From contig NW_024704770.1 of assembly GCF_018977255.1 (NCBI RefSeq), positions 3,162,001 to 3,226,000 of the forward strand: DNA of 64,000 nucleotides, read 5' to 3'. The stretch comes from Callorhinchus milii. Taxonomy: Eukaryota. Below, piece after piece: positions 1 through 21,659 of this stretch (positions are counted from its first letter, which is position 1; every line of letters starts with the position of its first letter). The position numbers and the translations under genes were made by a program. Under the pieces are notes generated by a model. It was not told the origin of the DNA. It saw only the letters and a list, made by a program, of their open reading frames with translations, and ran no database searches.

Positions 1-280
1 CCCCCCCCCCCCCCCCCCATCCCACACACTCAACAGCCTCCCCCACCCAGGAACATCTCTCTGACGACAACAATGCAGCAGCTTGCATTTATATTGTGCT
101 CTTCAGGTGGGGCAGCGTCCTGGAGCGCTTCCGACAGCCCCCCCCACCTCTGACAACCACCCATCCTCCCCCGAGAGTCCCCTGCCCTGAGAGCCCACCC
201 TCTGACAGCCACCCACCCCCACCACCCTCTGAAACCCCCTCCCACTGACAGCCCTCGAGTCCCCCCCTCCCACCTCACTA

Positions 281-7672
<7,392 letters not shown>

Positions 7673-10600
7673 GTCCTCCCCACCCCAAGCTGTCCAGCCC
7701 CCAGCCCAGCTCTCTCCCTCGCCAAGTTCAGCCCAGCCCTGCTCAGCCCAGTCCTCAACCCAGGCCAGCACTTAATTCAGCTTCAGCATTTGTCCTGCAA
7801 AATATGAGAGAGAGAGAGATATTCAGCAGGCAGGAAATAAGAACAAACAACAACACACAACATTTACACAGCGCCTTTCACATCGGGAGGAAGTCCAAAG
7901 GCGCTGGACCAGGACAGTCGGGGATTTGGACGTTTAAATAAGACCGAGACTCGATCAGAATCGGTCTCGGAGTCATTGATCCATAAGAGATTCTTCTTCT
8001 TTTAATAATAATAACAATCCTTGCATTTGATATTGCGTCTCATTATGAATGGAGTTCCTCTCTCTTTCTCGGATGTCCCAACACCCACACGCACACCAGA
8101 CAGACAGACCCACACACGCACACCAGACAGACACACATATATACACACACACACACACACACCAGACAGACAGACCCACACACGCACACCAGACAGACAG
8201 ACCCACACACGCACACCAGACAGACACACATATATACACACACACACACACACCCCAGACAGACAGACAGACACAAACACACACACATACCATATTCACT
8301 CTCATCTGCATCGACCTCTCATGAGAAAGAGAGGATTAAATCAAATGTTGCAATCCCGCCGGCTTGCTTCCTGGTTTTGTTTTTAATCTGTCTGTGTGAG
8401 TCAGCAAGGCCGCAAACTGTACGTCTTCCCCAAGGTTCCTCTCTCTCTCTCTCTCTCTCCCTCCCTCGCTGCCCGAGACTCAAACCCAGCTCAACAGCCT
8501 TCCTACACTGCCTCGACTAACTTCCTGTTAGTGAGGTGAATGTTCACGTGACTGCCCTCGCCTCCACTCTTGTTATGAAGCTCGAATGTTGCGCCACTGC
8601 CTGGATTGCTTTTCTTTTTTTGGGGGGGTGAAGGGGGGGGGGGGGATTTCTACCTGAAAGGGTCCCGTGTAAATACAAGTGGTTGTTGATCAAGATGGGA
8701 TTCTCAAACCCAAACCCACACAGGGAACAACACCCTCCTCTTTTCCGATCGAGCCACACCTGAACAGGCAGAGATGGGAAGGACCGTTTTTTTTGTTTAC
8801 ATCTCCCCACTCCCTCCCTCCCTCCCTCCCTCCCTCGCTCATCCCCTCCTCCTTCCTTCTCGCTCGCTCCCCCCCCTCCCATGCTGGACTGCGAGCTCAC
8901 GAGCCCCAAACACCAAAAATCCGGCAGAGCAAAACAATTCTGCAAAAGAGAATAAAATAACCACGCGCACACCCACAGCCCCACCTCACATTCCAGCACC
9001 CGGCAGCTCAACAGCCTTCAGCAGCCATGCTGCACCAGTTTTTCCTGCTCTGCACGTGAGCATTTGCAACGAGCTGTGAAATATTAACAATAATAATCCT
9101 TGCATGTACACAACGAACCCCCCCCCCACGCCCCCCCGCCCACCCACCACCGCGCGAGGCAGCGGCCCCGGAACGCTTCACAGTGGCGGAGCTCAACGCC
9201 AAGCCGGGGGCGGGGAGGGAGGAGGCGGCCATAGGTCGAAGAGGAAGGTCTTCAGGCGCCACCTGAAAATGGGGAAGGAGAGGGGCGAGGGGGTGGGACA
9301 GAGGGAGAATGTTCCTGAGTTTTGGGGAGTGGTGGCTGGAAGCGGAGGGGGGAGTGGAGGGCGTGAGCGCCCAAGCAGGGGGCCGGAGCCAGTCGAGTGG
9401 AGGCAGTGGGTAGTGAGTGAGTAGGTTGGGGAGTGAGCAGGTGGGAGAGGTAGGGGGGTGCCAGGGGCATGAAGGGAGTACAAGACGAGTGGTGGTGGTG
9501 GTGGTGGTGGTGGTGGGGGTGGAGGGGGAGATTTAATAAAGCGATAAAGCTTCACTACCGGCAAAACCCTATCGATGTTATTGTGCAGTCAGTTCCGTTC
9601 TTCACAAACCGAAACGGAAACATTTAAAGGTCGAGTGACCGGACTCTTTCTGTTCTCAACCTCCAGAACATGAAAATATCATTCACCTCTCTATCTCTCT
9701 CTCTCTCGCTCTCTCTCTCTCGCTCGTTCTGCGGCTGTTTCCAGGGGCGGCATCCTGCGCCAGCCCACACAAACGCACAGTCACTACACGTTACCATCTG
9801 TGAGACTCTGCTGCACGCAATTGGCTGCCGCGTTTCGCCCACGAAATACACAGTCACTCCACTTTACGTTATACCCCGCGAAGCGCCTTTGAGGCATCGC
9901 CACGACGTGAGATGGCGCTGTATCAAATGCGAGGATTATTATTATTATTGTTGTAACAACGAGCATTTGTAATAGCACTCCTCACGTGGGGCAGCGTCCC
10001 GGAGCGCTTGACAGTGGAGGAGTCTGACCCCGAGACGGGGAGAGGTGACCGCGAGCGCGATCAGAAGGGAAGGTCTTTCGGCGGGATTTGCAAGTGCAGA
10101 GGGAGGGAGCGAGGCGGAAGCATCGAGGGAGAGAGGACAGCGAGTCCTGTGAAAGATGCCATGTCACCGTAAGGCTCGGTTATCCTTATCTTAGCTCTAC
10201 CGTGACTGTCTCGCTTTGCTGAGCCGAGCGGTGAGCTCCTGTTTCTCTGTCTGTCTGTCCCCCCCACCCCACCCCACCCCCCCCCCGCACACTGCCTGCC
10301 CTGTGCACCAGCGCCCAGCAAATTTGCAAGCCAAAAAATCTCACAAACAGCCGAGTTGCAGACAGCGAGCGTTCTCCAACCGCCAGACAGGCCACAGCGA
10401 CGTGTCAACAAATGCCTCCGACGCCCATCAGCGCTGCCTGTCCAACACACACACCCACAGGCATACACACACACACACACACACACACACGCCTCATCAC
10501 ACCTCCTCGCTCAGCAACACGCCCGACAACATCACACACACTCAAATCTTCGAGTCAGAAGGCTTGTGGGTTCAGGCCCCACGTCAGTACTTTGAGCTCG

Positions 10601-11831
10601 GTCTGGTTTGATGCTCCAATGCATGTCGCGGGGTTGCGCTGTGCTGCATTGTTGGAGGCGCTGTGCTTCACGATGAGATGTTTGCCCCGAGTTCCCCCAC
10701 CTGTGCCCAGTTCAGAGACTATTCGACGAGAGAAGGGAGTTTGCCCTCCCATGGTCCTGGCCGCAGATAAGAGTAATAATCCTTGCAGTTGATACAGTGC
10801 CTCTCACCACATCTTTGAGACGTCTCAAAGCGCTTCACAGGATATACCGTGATGTGAATTGACTGTGTGTTCAAACGCTCTGAGGTGCAGTATGAAGAGC
10901 ACTACTATAAATGGAAGTTGTTGTTGCTGTTATGTCGATGAAACTGATAAGATTGATGCGGCATCAAATGCAAGGATTGTAATTATAATATCTTTGGTTC
11001 AGCCTCAGTCAGAGGGTGCGTCAACACCTGAGCTGGAGCTCAGTGTAGGCAGTTTGATCATAAAAGTACATTTTCTACACGGTCTGGCATCACTCACAGA
11101 CAAACCAAACCACCTTCAGATCACCAGGAGAGAGGCGAGATGAGAGAACGTCAGCAAACAGTCACACAACCCGACTGACTCACCCCAACAGTCGGACAGG
11201 ACTAACAGAGGATACAACAATCCCTGGTAAAGCACTGATACAATCACTTCACTGGGTCTCCATCATCGCCAGGAACCCGAAAACAATGCAGGAATTATTA
11301 TAACAATCCGTGTATTTCACCCACAAAATATACAGTCCATTCACTTTATGGTGTGTTCTGTGAGGTGCTTTGCGATGTCTCGAAGACATGATAAGATGCT
11401 GTATCATTTATTTATGATCTGATGTAGCGCCTTATCACGTCGTCGAGTCGTCTCAAAGCGCTTCACAGAATACGTTGCACAGCAGAGTGGTTGTGTATTT
11501 TGTGGGTGAGACGCTATATAGGACTGGATCATATAGGATAGGAGGAACACAGACACATACACAGATAATTAGAGAGCAGCAGAGAGAGAGAGAGAGAGAG
11601 AGAGGAGACATTCAGACAGACACACGCAGCTAGGGAGGAAGCGAGATACTGTGCAGACAGACATACAATAAGGCAGTTGTAGGAGTGCATATCCTAGTGA
11701 TATATTTATTCATTAATAATAATCCTTGCCTTTGAATACAGCGCCTCATCACGTCTCAAAGCGCTTCACAGAATACCTAATTTGTGGACGAAGCAAGGCA
11801 GCCAATTGCACACAGCAATGCCCCACAAACA

Positions 11832-13150
11832 TTAGAATCCATTAGAGTGTACAGCACAGAAACAGGCCATTCGGCCCAACTGGTCTGTGCCGGTGTTTAT
11901 GCTCCACATGAGCCTCTCCTGCCCTTCCTCAACTAACCCTTCAAGCATCACCTTCTATTCCTTTCTCCCTCATGTACCTATTTAGCTTCCCCTTAAATAC
12001 ACCTCTGCTACTTACCTCAACAACCCCTTGTGGCGGCATGTTCCACCTTCCCACTACTCTCTGTGTGAAGACATTTCTTCTCACTTCCCTATTTGATCTA
12101 TCTGTGACTATTTTATATTGATGGCCCCTGGTTTTGGTCTCGACCACAAGTGGAAACATCTTCCCTATGTCCACCCTATCAAAACCTTTCATTATTTTAA
12201 AGACCTCTATCAGCGAAAAGCCTTACCTGATAGCTATAACCTCTCAGGTTTGGGATCATCCTCGTGAATCTCCTTTGCCCCCTCTCCAGTGCCTCTACAT
12301 CCCTTCTATAATGTGGGGACCAGAACTGCGCCGTATCTAAGTGTGGTCTAACCGAGGTTCTATAGAAGTTTACCATAACATCCCTGCTTTTCATTTCTAT
12401 CCCTCTAGAAATGAACCCAATGCCTGGATTGCTTTTCTTACGGCCTTATTAACCTGCGTTGCTACTTTTAGTGAATTGTGTATGTGTACCCCTGGATCCC
12501 CTTTGCTCCTCTGCCCTGTTTAGGTTTTTATTTTCCAGGCTGTACGTGACTTCCTTATTCCTTCTACCAAAATGTACCACCCCACACTTTTCTACATTGA
12601 AATGCATTTGCCATGTAAATGCCCACTCAGCAGGTTTATTAATGTCTTTGCTGTAATGTGTTGCCGTCCTCCTCTGTATTAACTGCTCCCCCCCCCAATT
12701 TGGTGTCGTCCGCAAATTTTGAAATTGTCCAGCTGATTCCCAAATCCAAATCATTAATGTATATTGTGAACAACAGTGGGTCCCAATATTGATCCTTGTG
12801 GAACACCACTGCCCCCCCCACCACCCCGCGCCAGTCTGAGTAACTACCCTTTACCCCCACTCTCTATTTTCTGTTTTGCAGCAGTTTGCTATCCATTCTG
12901 CTATTTTCCCCCGACTCCACATGCTTTGGCCTTATTCATTAGTCTATTGTATGGTACCTTATTAAACGCCTTTTGGAAATCTAAATATATTACATCTACT
13001 CTTGTGTACTCTTCCTGTTACCCTTTCAAAGAATTCAATGAGGTTGGTCAGGCCTGACCTTCCTTTTTGAAATCCGTGTTGACTATTCTTTATTATGTTT
13101 TCCGTTTCTAGATGTTTTTCTATTACCTCCTTCAGTAAGGATTCCATTAT
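11832..13150 (-). mobile_element. 5'-truncated CR1-type LINE with frameshifted reverse transcriptase
   Basis: Fragments QHGFQKGRSGLTNLIEFFE, LFTIYINDLD..ISKFADDTKLGG, WQMHFNVEKC, YRTSVRPHL, MKGFDRVD..FTQRVV in several frames. Confidence 0.9.
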
Positions 13151-13209
13151 CTGGATCGCGTGACCAATTTTGGTTTGCAGGGATTATTATCCCCAGAAAG
13201 CAAGAAGTG

Positions 13210-13533
13210 AATAATAATAATAATAATCCTCGCATTTGATATCGCGCTTTTCACGTCGGGAGGATGTCCCAAAGCGCTTCACAGAACACACTGTAAAGTG
13301 AAGTGACTGTATATTTGTGGGCGAACGCGGCAGCCAATTGCGCACAGCAATGTCCCACAAACAGTCATGGATTGAAAATGACCAATTTATTATTGTTTTT
13401 GGTTTTGGAGGGATTATTATTAGGCTCTGTGTGGAGTAAGGAAACTTGCCCGAGGTTTCGCCCTCTGCCTGGGATTGAACTCAGGTCTCTCACTTGCAAA
13501 GCGAGTGCTCTAACCACTGAGCTACAGGACTCC
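13210..13533 (-). mobile_element. tRNA-derived SINE (internal deletion)
   Basis: Same family consensus as 6668-7047. Confidence 0.8.
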
Positions 13534-14014
13534 ACAAAGGAATTATTAATAAGTAAATCAATCATCACACCAATGAGAAGCCCTGCTTGTTGCTGTGTGT
13601 TTAATGCATTACTAGCCATCCATGAAGCTTATTTGAAACCGTCTACACAGTTACAAAACAGGATCAACCACAATCTTGACAGCTTCCTTTGGGTTTACCA
13701 ATGGTTGTTTGACTGAGACTCATCTGCAGGCACAGTATCCTGTACACTCAGCTCTGGGGATTTCCCCCCAGATCCTGGCTTCACTCTACAGCAAGTCTCT
13801 ATTTCATCTGCACCTCACTCTCATCTGTTATTCCAAACCCCACCTCCGGCATCTCTCTACTGCACAGCACATACAATATACACACTATGTTTATGGAGCC
13901 CACAAAACACAGAGTCACCATATTTTGCAAAATACACAGTCACTACACTTTGAGAGTCTCAACGATGTGATAAGTCACTATATTAAATACAAGGATTATT
14001 AATTTAATTAATCG

Positions 14015-15170
14015 GTGTGTACAGTGTGCAATGAGTGTGTCTAGTGAGTGTGTACAGTGTGCAATGAGTGTGTCTAGTGAGTCTGTAGTGTGCAATGAGT
14101 GTGTCTAGTGAGTGTGTACAGTCAGTGCACCCAGGGAGTCTAGTGTGCAATGACTGTGTACAGTGCGGAGTGAGTGTGTGCTATACAAATGTAATTTGTT
14201 GTTGTATAATGAGTGTAGGGTAGGCCTGAGGCTTTGGGTTTGTCGTGGTAACAGGAACTAATTGGGTGGATTCCCTGTCCCAGATTCTTTGCAGGTGTCT
14301 GTACAGTAATAATAATAATAATCCTTGCACTTGACACTGCCCCTTATCACGTATTTGCGATGTCTCAAAGCGCTTCACAGGATACACTGTAAAGTGAATT
14401 GATTGGGTGTTGACTTTCAATGTGAAACTCTCTCTCGAGACCTGTAATGCGGGAGTGGTGTGTACAGTGTGCAATGCAATGAGTGTCCAGTGAATGTGCC
14501 CATTGAATGCGTATACAACGAGTGTGTATGGTGGTGACGTTGTACAGTGAGTGTGTATAGCAGTGAGTGTGTGCAGTGAGTGTGTACAGTGAGTGTGTAT
14601 GGTAGTGAGTTGAGTGTGTACAGTGAGTGTGTACAATGAGTGTGTATGGTAGTGAGTTGAGTGTGTACGTTGAGTGTGTACAGCGAGTGTGTATCATAGT
14701 GAGTGTGTACAGTGAGTGTGTACAGTGAGTGTGTACAGTGAGTGTGTAGTAGTGAGTGTGTACAGTAGTGAGTGTGTACAGTGTTTATAGTAGTGAGTGT
14801 GTATAGTAGTGAGTGTGTACAGTGAGTGTGTACAGTAGTGAGTGTGTAGTGTTTATAGTAGTGAGTGTGTACAGTAGTGAGTGTACAGTAGTGAGTGTGT
14901 ACAGTAGTGAGTGTACAGTAGTGAGTGTGTACAGTAGTGAGTGTGTACAGTAGTGTGTACAGTGTTTATAGTAGAGTGTGTATAGTAGTGAGTGTGTACA
15001 GTGAGTGTGTACAGTAGTGTGTACAGTAGTGAGTGTGTACAGTAGTGTGTGGTGATTGTGTACAGCGAGTGTGTACAGTAGTGTGTAGTGATTGTGTACA
15101 GCGAGTGTGTACAGTAGTGAGTGTGTACAGTAGTGAGTGTGTACAGTGAGTGTGAGCAGTGGTGAGTGTG
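14015..15170. repeat. Degenerate GTGAGTGTGTACA(GTA) tandem repeat, interrupted at about 14180-14450
   Basis: Dozens of 12-15 bp units visible directly. Confidence 0.9.
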
Positions 15171-15187
15171 AGCAGTTGGTCTCTCAC

Positions 15188-15500
15188 CTGGGAAGGCCTC
15201 AGTCCCGGGGCCGCGGGGTGGAGTACTGGGGCTGGTAACGTGGGGCTGCGAATGTGCGGTGTGTGCGGATGATCAGGTGTATATGTGTATGTACATACCT
15301 GTGTGTGTGTGAGGGGTCCCGGGGCTGCGGATAAGCGGCTCCTGCGACCAGAAAGAACCGACCCCTCTCTCTCGCTCCCGCCCTCCCGCCGCCGTCTCTC
15401 GGGCCCACTTCCTGTTCCGCATCCGGACGTGACGCATGTTTGCCGCGGCGCCCGCTGGGCGTTGTAGTCTCACTACGTGGTCCACGTGACCAGCGCCGCC
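15188..15500 (-). promoter_or_regulatory. Probable TYK2 CpG-rich promoter and non-coding first exon
   Basis: Local CpG-rich patch with ETS-type CTTCCTG/TTCCG, TGACG half-CRE, ZNF143-associated ACTACAACGCCCA (15456-15468, - strand) and E-box CACGTG (~15483). Strong minus-strand donors CAG|GTATGT (exon end 15299) and CAG|GTGAGA (exon end 15188). The acceptor before the ATG exon is at 7795. Confidence 0.6.
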
Positions 15501-16086
15501 CCCCACACCTCTCACACACACACTCAATCAATCAATCAATCAATCACCACCTTCACATTGCAAGTAAACACCCAGTCACTTCACAGCAACATCCTGGGAA
15601 GCGCTTTGAGACGTCTCAAATGTTGTGATAAGGCGCTGTATCAAATGCCAGGATTATTATTATTCAGTAATAATTTTGTTGTTGTCGGATTATAATATAG
15701 AATTCCCCCTCACCACCCCACTCCTTCCCCCCCCCCCCCTCAGCTCCTGTTAACCCTGCAAGCCAAAGCCCAAACGGGTAGGGCGGTCCTCCAGCTGGAC
15801 GAGCAACGGGAAAGCTTGCCGGACAGCGCTTCTCAATGGCAGGCTATGTGGCGTTAGCTAGTTAAGACTCCCAACAGTTACCCCCGACGCACACTTAGGG
15901 GGTCCCTCCCAAGCCCTTGGTTCGTGCCAACCTGCGCCTAATACTTTCCGGAATTAGGTAAGCAGGATGGATCCCTCCTGAGAGAGAGAGGGGGAGTGGG
16001 CATTCCATTTCAAGAATCTATCTCTGGGATTTCCACGGTTCAATAAGACAGCAATTCCTTAGCTTCAGTCTGTGCAATCCACAACT

Positions 16087-16092
16087 TTTATT
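16087..16092 (-). terminator. Candidate CDC37 polyadenylation signal (AATAAA)
   Basis: TTTATT on the + strand about 1.4 kb past the CDC37 stop and upstream of the TYK2 promoter. Confidence 0.5.
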
Positions 16093-17464
16093 AAAATACT
16101 GGTACAGAGTGACTAGCGCGGAGGCTGGCGAGACATAACGAATCGCCACAGAGAGCAAAAGAACAAACGTTTAAAGCTAACTTACTCCGTTCTGATCCCC
16201 GAATCAACCTTAACTTAGTAACGAAAACCAAACCTAGCCTAAAAAAAATCTCCAGTCTACAGAACTGCAGTGCTCTCTCTCCCCCCTTACCCCCACACAC
16301 GCATGAAAACAAGCCAGCTACTGACAAGAGAACGGAAACCTGAAGTCAGTCATTCCTGGGCCGTTTGTCATTGGTATTCCGAGCTTCTGCTCATTAAACC
16401 CTTTTCTCTCTTTCTCTCCTGTAAAAGGTTTGGAAACGATTCAAATCCAAAGCTTTCGATGTTGAAACTCTCATAAAATTGCAAACCTGGGTTTCCCTCT
16501 CTCCTCTCCCACCCCCAGCACCCCTTCTCCTCCCCCACACAGCCCCTCTCCCCCACCGCACCCCCTCTTTGTGCCCACACACCCTCTCCTCCCCCCCCAT
16601 CCCTGGCCGAGGAGTTCCCAACAGATGTGGATATTCCACATCTGACGGGATTGCTAATGAACCACCTGCTCCTTTCACTCCCCCCGTGTCAAGGGTGATG
16701 CCTCTCACTGGGAACGAGAGACACTGAGCCCAAGTTTACAGACTAACGAGTAAATTTCCTGGTTGATTTGCTCTCACCTCAGTGCTGGGATGTGAATGCC
16801 AATTGCAACCCCATCCGTCCCCCCTTCCCGTGCTGCCCTCCCTCACCGACACTAACCACCGTGGTTCAGATCAGCTAACTCAGCCCTGGCCGGCGATTTA
16901 ACCGGGTGGGGAGAGAGTCCAAGGGAAAACCTTATTTGAGAAACGCCTGGGGCCACATAAGTAATAATTTAGTGATTCCCTTCCAGAAACATAGATAACA
17001 TTTACAGGCTAGGGAGGGAGGAGCGGGCGGGCAGATAAAATGGGGGGGAGATGAAAAATGGACCACCCTGGATTAAACTATGGGTCACGTGGCTCAATAG
17101 ATACAGGCTGGTCCTGAGTCAGGGCGGGTGAGGTGTGAAGAGGATTACAGACCCAGCCTCTCGCTAGTCAGCATGCGGCTGTGTGCCTCAGGTTGTTAGT
17201 CGATTTGCGGATCGCTTTCCGGGGGTAATAATCCCTCGCACAGAAGCCACAGGACACAGAGGCGGAAGTGAAGAGGATCAGCCTAAACTCGGGATAGAAA
17301 AAGCTGGTTTGACAGGAATCTGGGCTTCGGGGTCAGTAGCTGGGATGTGTTGATTGAATGTTTGGTTGTGAATGTGATTTCCAACTGTGTCTGTGGTTCA
17401 GGAGTCTGTCTAACTGAACGTAGCACTGATCGTAAATACTAGCACGTATGAAAACGGAGTGATC

Positions 17465-20400
17465 TTAATTCCCCTCGGCAATTTCCTTCTTCACCTCCTC
17501 GTACAGGGCCTCCTCCGCCCCCGCCTTCTGCCCCCCTTCCCCCTCCGCCTCTTCCTCCGCCGCTGATTTGGCGTTTGGGATCCAGAGCCCAGAGTCGATG
17601 CAGCGCTGCATGTGGTGTTTGGCGTCCTGTGGAAAGCAACACGTATGTTCACACACTGACCGACTGCGTGCTATTCATCTTGACGTTATTCTTCTCTCGA
17701 AGCGTAGTGGTTAGCGCGCGTGCCTCGCAAGCGAACGAAAGGACCCGGGTTCGATTTAAACCATTGCCAAGTCTCCTTTCTCCACACACGCTCGCGCCTC
17801 TGTTAACCCAGCATTAATTAGGAACTTGCTTGCTGGTCAATTGGTGGATTGCTTTTCCGGGAGTAATAATCACTCCACCAAAACACAAAAAAAATTTGGT
17901 CACTCAATCCACGACTGTTTGTGGGGACATCGCTGTGCGCAATTGGCTGCTGCGTTTCGTCCACAAAATACACAGTCACTACACTTTACAGCGTATCATG
18001 TGAAGTGCTCGGAGACGTCTGAACGACCCGATAAGGCACTGTATCAAGTCGAACACACTCGCACACAGGCAAAGGAGGTACTCACCGCTGGGTCCAATTT
18101 GCTGATAACTTCCTGCAGCTGCTGAATGTCCTTCGCATCAAAACATTTCTGCATCTCCTGGCGAGAGAGAGAGAGAGAGAGAGGTTGTTACAGGGAAATG
18201 GAGTGAGATGGCAATCCGACACAGGAGCTCAGTGTGAGCCGCTGGCCTCCATACTCATAACAGCAATAACAAGATTACATTTGTATAGCAAGAGGTCCAT
18301 CAAAGCCAAACCACACGTCTGCTGTGTGAGGTCTGCCTGTCACGGCCTTGCTCCTGCTAACCCCACATCGACCTGTCCGCTCCCTCCGCTCAACAGACTC
18401 CGGCCTGCTCCACGTCCCCAGTCCTGTCCCCCCCACCATCAGCGGTCGGGCCGTCAGCCTCTCTGGCCCCACCCTTTGTAACTCCATCCCACAGTCCCTT
18501 CCCCTCGCCCTCTCCGAAGCTCATCACAAGACACTTGACCGCGCCTTCGGTCACCCAAGGGGCTGAACACAACGCAATCTCTCACATTCTCCCTAAGCCG
18601 ATCCACTGGGCCTCATTGCGCTCACCTCAGGGAGACTCTCGTACACATCCACTGGGTCCAGGCCCCCGGGCCCCAGACGTTTCTGCTTCTCCTCCTCTTC
18701 ATACTCCTTCATCGCCTTCTCTATCCGTGCCTGTGCACGGCCCTTCACTCGATCCTTAAAGGCTTCCAGCTCATCGTTGAAGGCATCCATGTACTGTTTA
18801 TCCGCCGTCTGCAGAGAGAACGGTTACAGACTGCGTGACACTTTATTTGCCCAGCTGGGTGGGTGTCTGACACACGCGGAAACCCATCACCATCGCTTAA
18901 GATCTCCAAACCAAACTGAGAATTCCTTGCATCCATCCCACTTACACATGGAAATCCCAGAGATAGATTGAATGGAATGCACTCTCTCTCTCTCTCTCTC
19001 TCTGAAGGGACGCAGCCTGCTTACCTAATTCCGGAGCGTATTAGGCACAGGTTGGCAAGAGCCAAGGCTTGGGGGGAGCCCAAGGTGTGCGTTGGGGGTA
19101 ACTGTTGGGAGTCTAACCAGCTAAAACCGCATAGCTTGCCATTGAGAGCACTATCCGGCAAGCTTTCTCAGTGCTTATCCAGCTAGTAGCACGCTACCCG
19201 TTAGGGCTTTGACTTGCAGGGTTAACAGGAGCTGAGTGGGAGGATTCCCTGCCCCAGGTCAGCCCTTCCAGGTCGTGCCGATAATGATAAAAATTATGAG
19301 CCAGGCTGTGCTGATGAGCCAGGCTGGGTTATGCCGTCATCAGCAGCGCCCTGGAGTACTGAGGATGCGCCTGGCTCAGGAACCCGACCAGAAACTATCA
19401 CGGAGGGCTGGCTACTGGGAGTTGTGTAAAACTGTGTAACCCATGTCACCTCACTCAGCTTCTCCTCCCACCCTCCCGAGCTCACGCACAGAGAATCGGT
19501 TGATAGGTGGGCCGATCGGATTACAGCGCCTTGGGACGTCCTCCCGACGTGAAAGGCGCTCTATAAATGGAATCTTGTTGTTGTTGTTGTAAAGTATAGG
19601 TACCTTGATCTTGGTGAAGAACTGTCGGAAGCAGGCCCTGGGGTCCACCTTCAAGCTCTTTGCTAACTCCAGGATAAACTGCATCACAATGGTTTGGTGA
19701 GCCACCTGCTCCATCAGCGAGTGTTTCTGCCAGCGAGGAAAAGCCGGGCACAGTTACACCAACAACACCACCACCAATAATAATCCTCGCGTTTGATATC
19801 GTGCCTTCGAGAGGTCTCAAAGCGCTTCACAGGATACACTGCAAAGTAAATGGTCTGTGTATTTTGTGGGCGAAACGCGGCAGCCAATTGTGCACAGCAG
19901 CGTCCCCACAAATAGTCGTGGATTGAGTGACCAATTTAGTTTTTTTTTAAAGGACTCCCGGAAAAGGGATCTGCCAATCGATTAACAACAGGGCACCTGC
20001 TTACTGCTGGGTAAACTGAGACGTGTGTGTGGAATAAGGAAATCTGCCCAGCATTTCGTCCTGCCGGGACCTGGGTTCGATTCCCGCTCCTAATCCCTCT
20101 GAATTGGGAAACCTCAACCTCAATGGCACCCCAGCCAAGCAAGCCTCTCTGTGTGGGAATCCCCAGGCCATCTCCCAGCACTCACACCGTACCTCCTCTA
20201 CCTCCAGGTCGATGCACCAGATCACCAAGTAGTTCGCCGTCTCCTCACACACCAGGTGCGGATTATCCGAGAGGTATTTCTGGCTGTCATCCCAGCGTCT
20301 CAGCATGCCTGCACAAACACACACACCGCATACACACACACACCGCATACACACCACAGAGTTACTTTCCATCACAGTTTAAGCGACATTCAGGAAACAT

Positions 20401-21600
20401 GGATGACCAACAACAACTTGCATGTATATAGCGCCCCTCGCGTACAGTAGCTTCCCAAAGCACTTGTGTGCCAGGCTGTGCTCAGTGGCTGTGCTCTCGG
20501 CTCGGGATCGCAACACAGGCTAAGATCAAAAGGCGCCATTGAAGGGGAGAGTCTTAAGATGTGCTTTGTGGGAGCCAGGGAGGGAGTGAGGCAAAGGGAC
20601 TGTGGGATGGAGTTCCAAAGGGATTTAAATCAGTGAAGCCTGGCGAGAACGAAGACGTGTGCGGGACACGGCTCGTGCCACAGAGCCCCAGGCAGGGGTG
20701 AAAGGCACCATGGAGGCCATGTGTCCCAGAGGCCCGGCTCCAGCTCATGGCCCCCCCAGCACACAGTCCCCAGACCCAGCTCCCTCACTTACCCAGGTGC
20801 TTGATCGGTTTCTCATATTTTTCCACAAACGTCTTGTGCTTCTTCTCCTTCTCCTCCTCGGTTTCGTTCTCACTCGTCTCTGCTTTTTTGTTGAAGACAC
20901 TCTGAGGGGGCAGAGAGAAGGTGGAAAGATTAGCCGGGCGTTATTTATATATACATATATATACATAATATAGGTAATAATAACTTGGTCACGCAATCCA
21001 CGACTGTTTGTGGGACACCCTGTGTGCAATTGGCTGTCACGTTTCGTCCACAAAACATCCGGTCACTAAGCTTTACAGTATAGCCTTTGAAGCGTTTTGA
21101 TACAAGGATTATTATTATTACTATATTCTCCCTCTGGTGACATTTCCATTCCCGGTATCCTCTCTCCGACGAGAGATACAGACAAATAGACAACAACAAC
21201 AAATTACATATGTATAGCACCTTTCATATCAGGAGATGTCACCAAGGCGCTGGACAGTCAGGGATCCACAGACAAGAGGCTTCCATACCCCCCAAGGCTC
21301 CGTGCCCCCAACACTGACCTTACTGAAGCCCTCTTTGCTCAGTGTGTCCACGTTCCAGGGCATGGCTTTCTCCTTCTTCTGCAAATCATTCTCTTTCTTC
21401 TGCCAATCCCTCTCCTCTTTCTTCAGCAGCTTCAGGTCCTCCTGTAGCTTCTCCAAGTCTCTCTTGGCATCGTCTGTCCCGACCATCGACAGGGCCTTCA
21501 TTTTCTTTTGGCAATCAGTCACTTTGCGTTTGCAATCTGTGGCTAACTTCTCGAACTCCTCTCGTTCTTTCTTCGCCTCCTCCATGCGCTCGATGCGAGC
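17465..21600 (-). CDS. CDC37: Hsp90 co-chaperone CDC37, exons 2-8 (exon 1 not found in window)
   Basis: Exons 21600-21319 (ARIERMEE..MPWNVDTLSKEGFSK), 20901-20793, 20308-20193 (LVCEETANYLVIWCIDLEVEE), 19726-19604 (MEQVAHQTIVMQFILELAKSLKVDPRACFRQFF), 18808-18626 (RLGPGGLDPVDVYESLP), 18157-18086, 17626-17465 (HMQRCIDSGLWIPN, stop). All GT-AG and in frame. Confidence 0.96.
17700..18050 (+). mobile_element. tRNA-derived SINE
   Basis: Same family; B-box GGTTCGA present. Confidence 0.75.
18865..19435 (+). repeat. Unclassified interspersed repeat, longest of four local copies
   Basis: Homologous to 15738-16038 (-), 22435-22640 (+) and 23405-23665 (-); shared GGAATGC-(CT)n-..TTACCTAATTCCGGA..TATTAGGCACAGGTTGGCA and GTTAACAGGAGCTGAG. 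Confidence 0.75.
19776..20090 (-). mobile_element. tRNA-derived SINE
   Basis: Same family body and tail. Confidence 0.75.
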
Positions 21601-21659
21601 CTAGACGGGAACATTGGACAAAGGCAGCTCTGTGAGCAAAGGCGCAGACCCACCGTTAC

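Noticed and set aside
19305-19400. Possible hammerhead ribozyme (CTGATGAG plus GAGCCAGGC/GCCTGGCTC stem)
   Set aside because: No GAAA directly after the stem, and the core is not kept in the 22435-22640 copy
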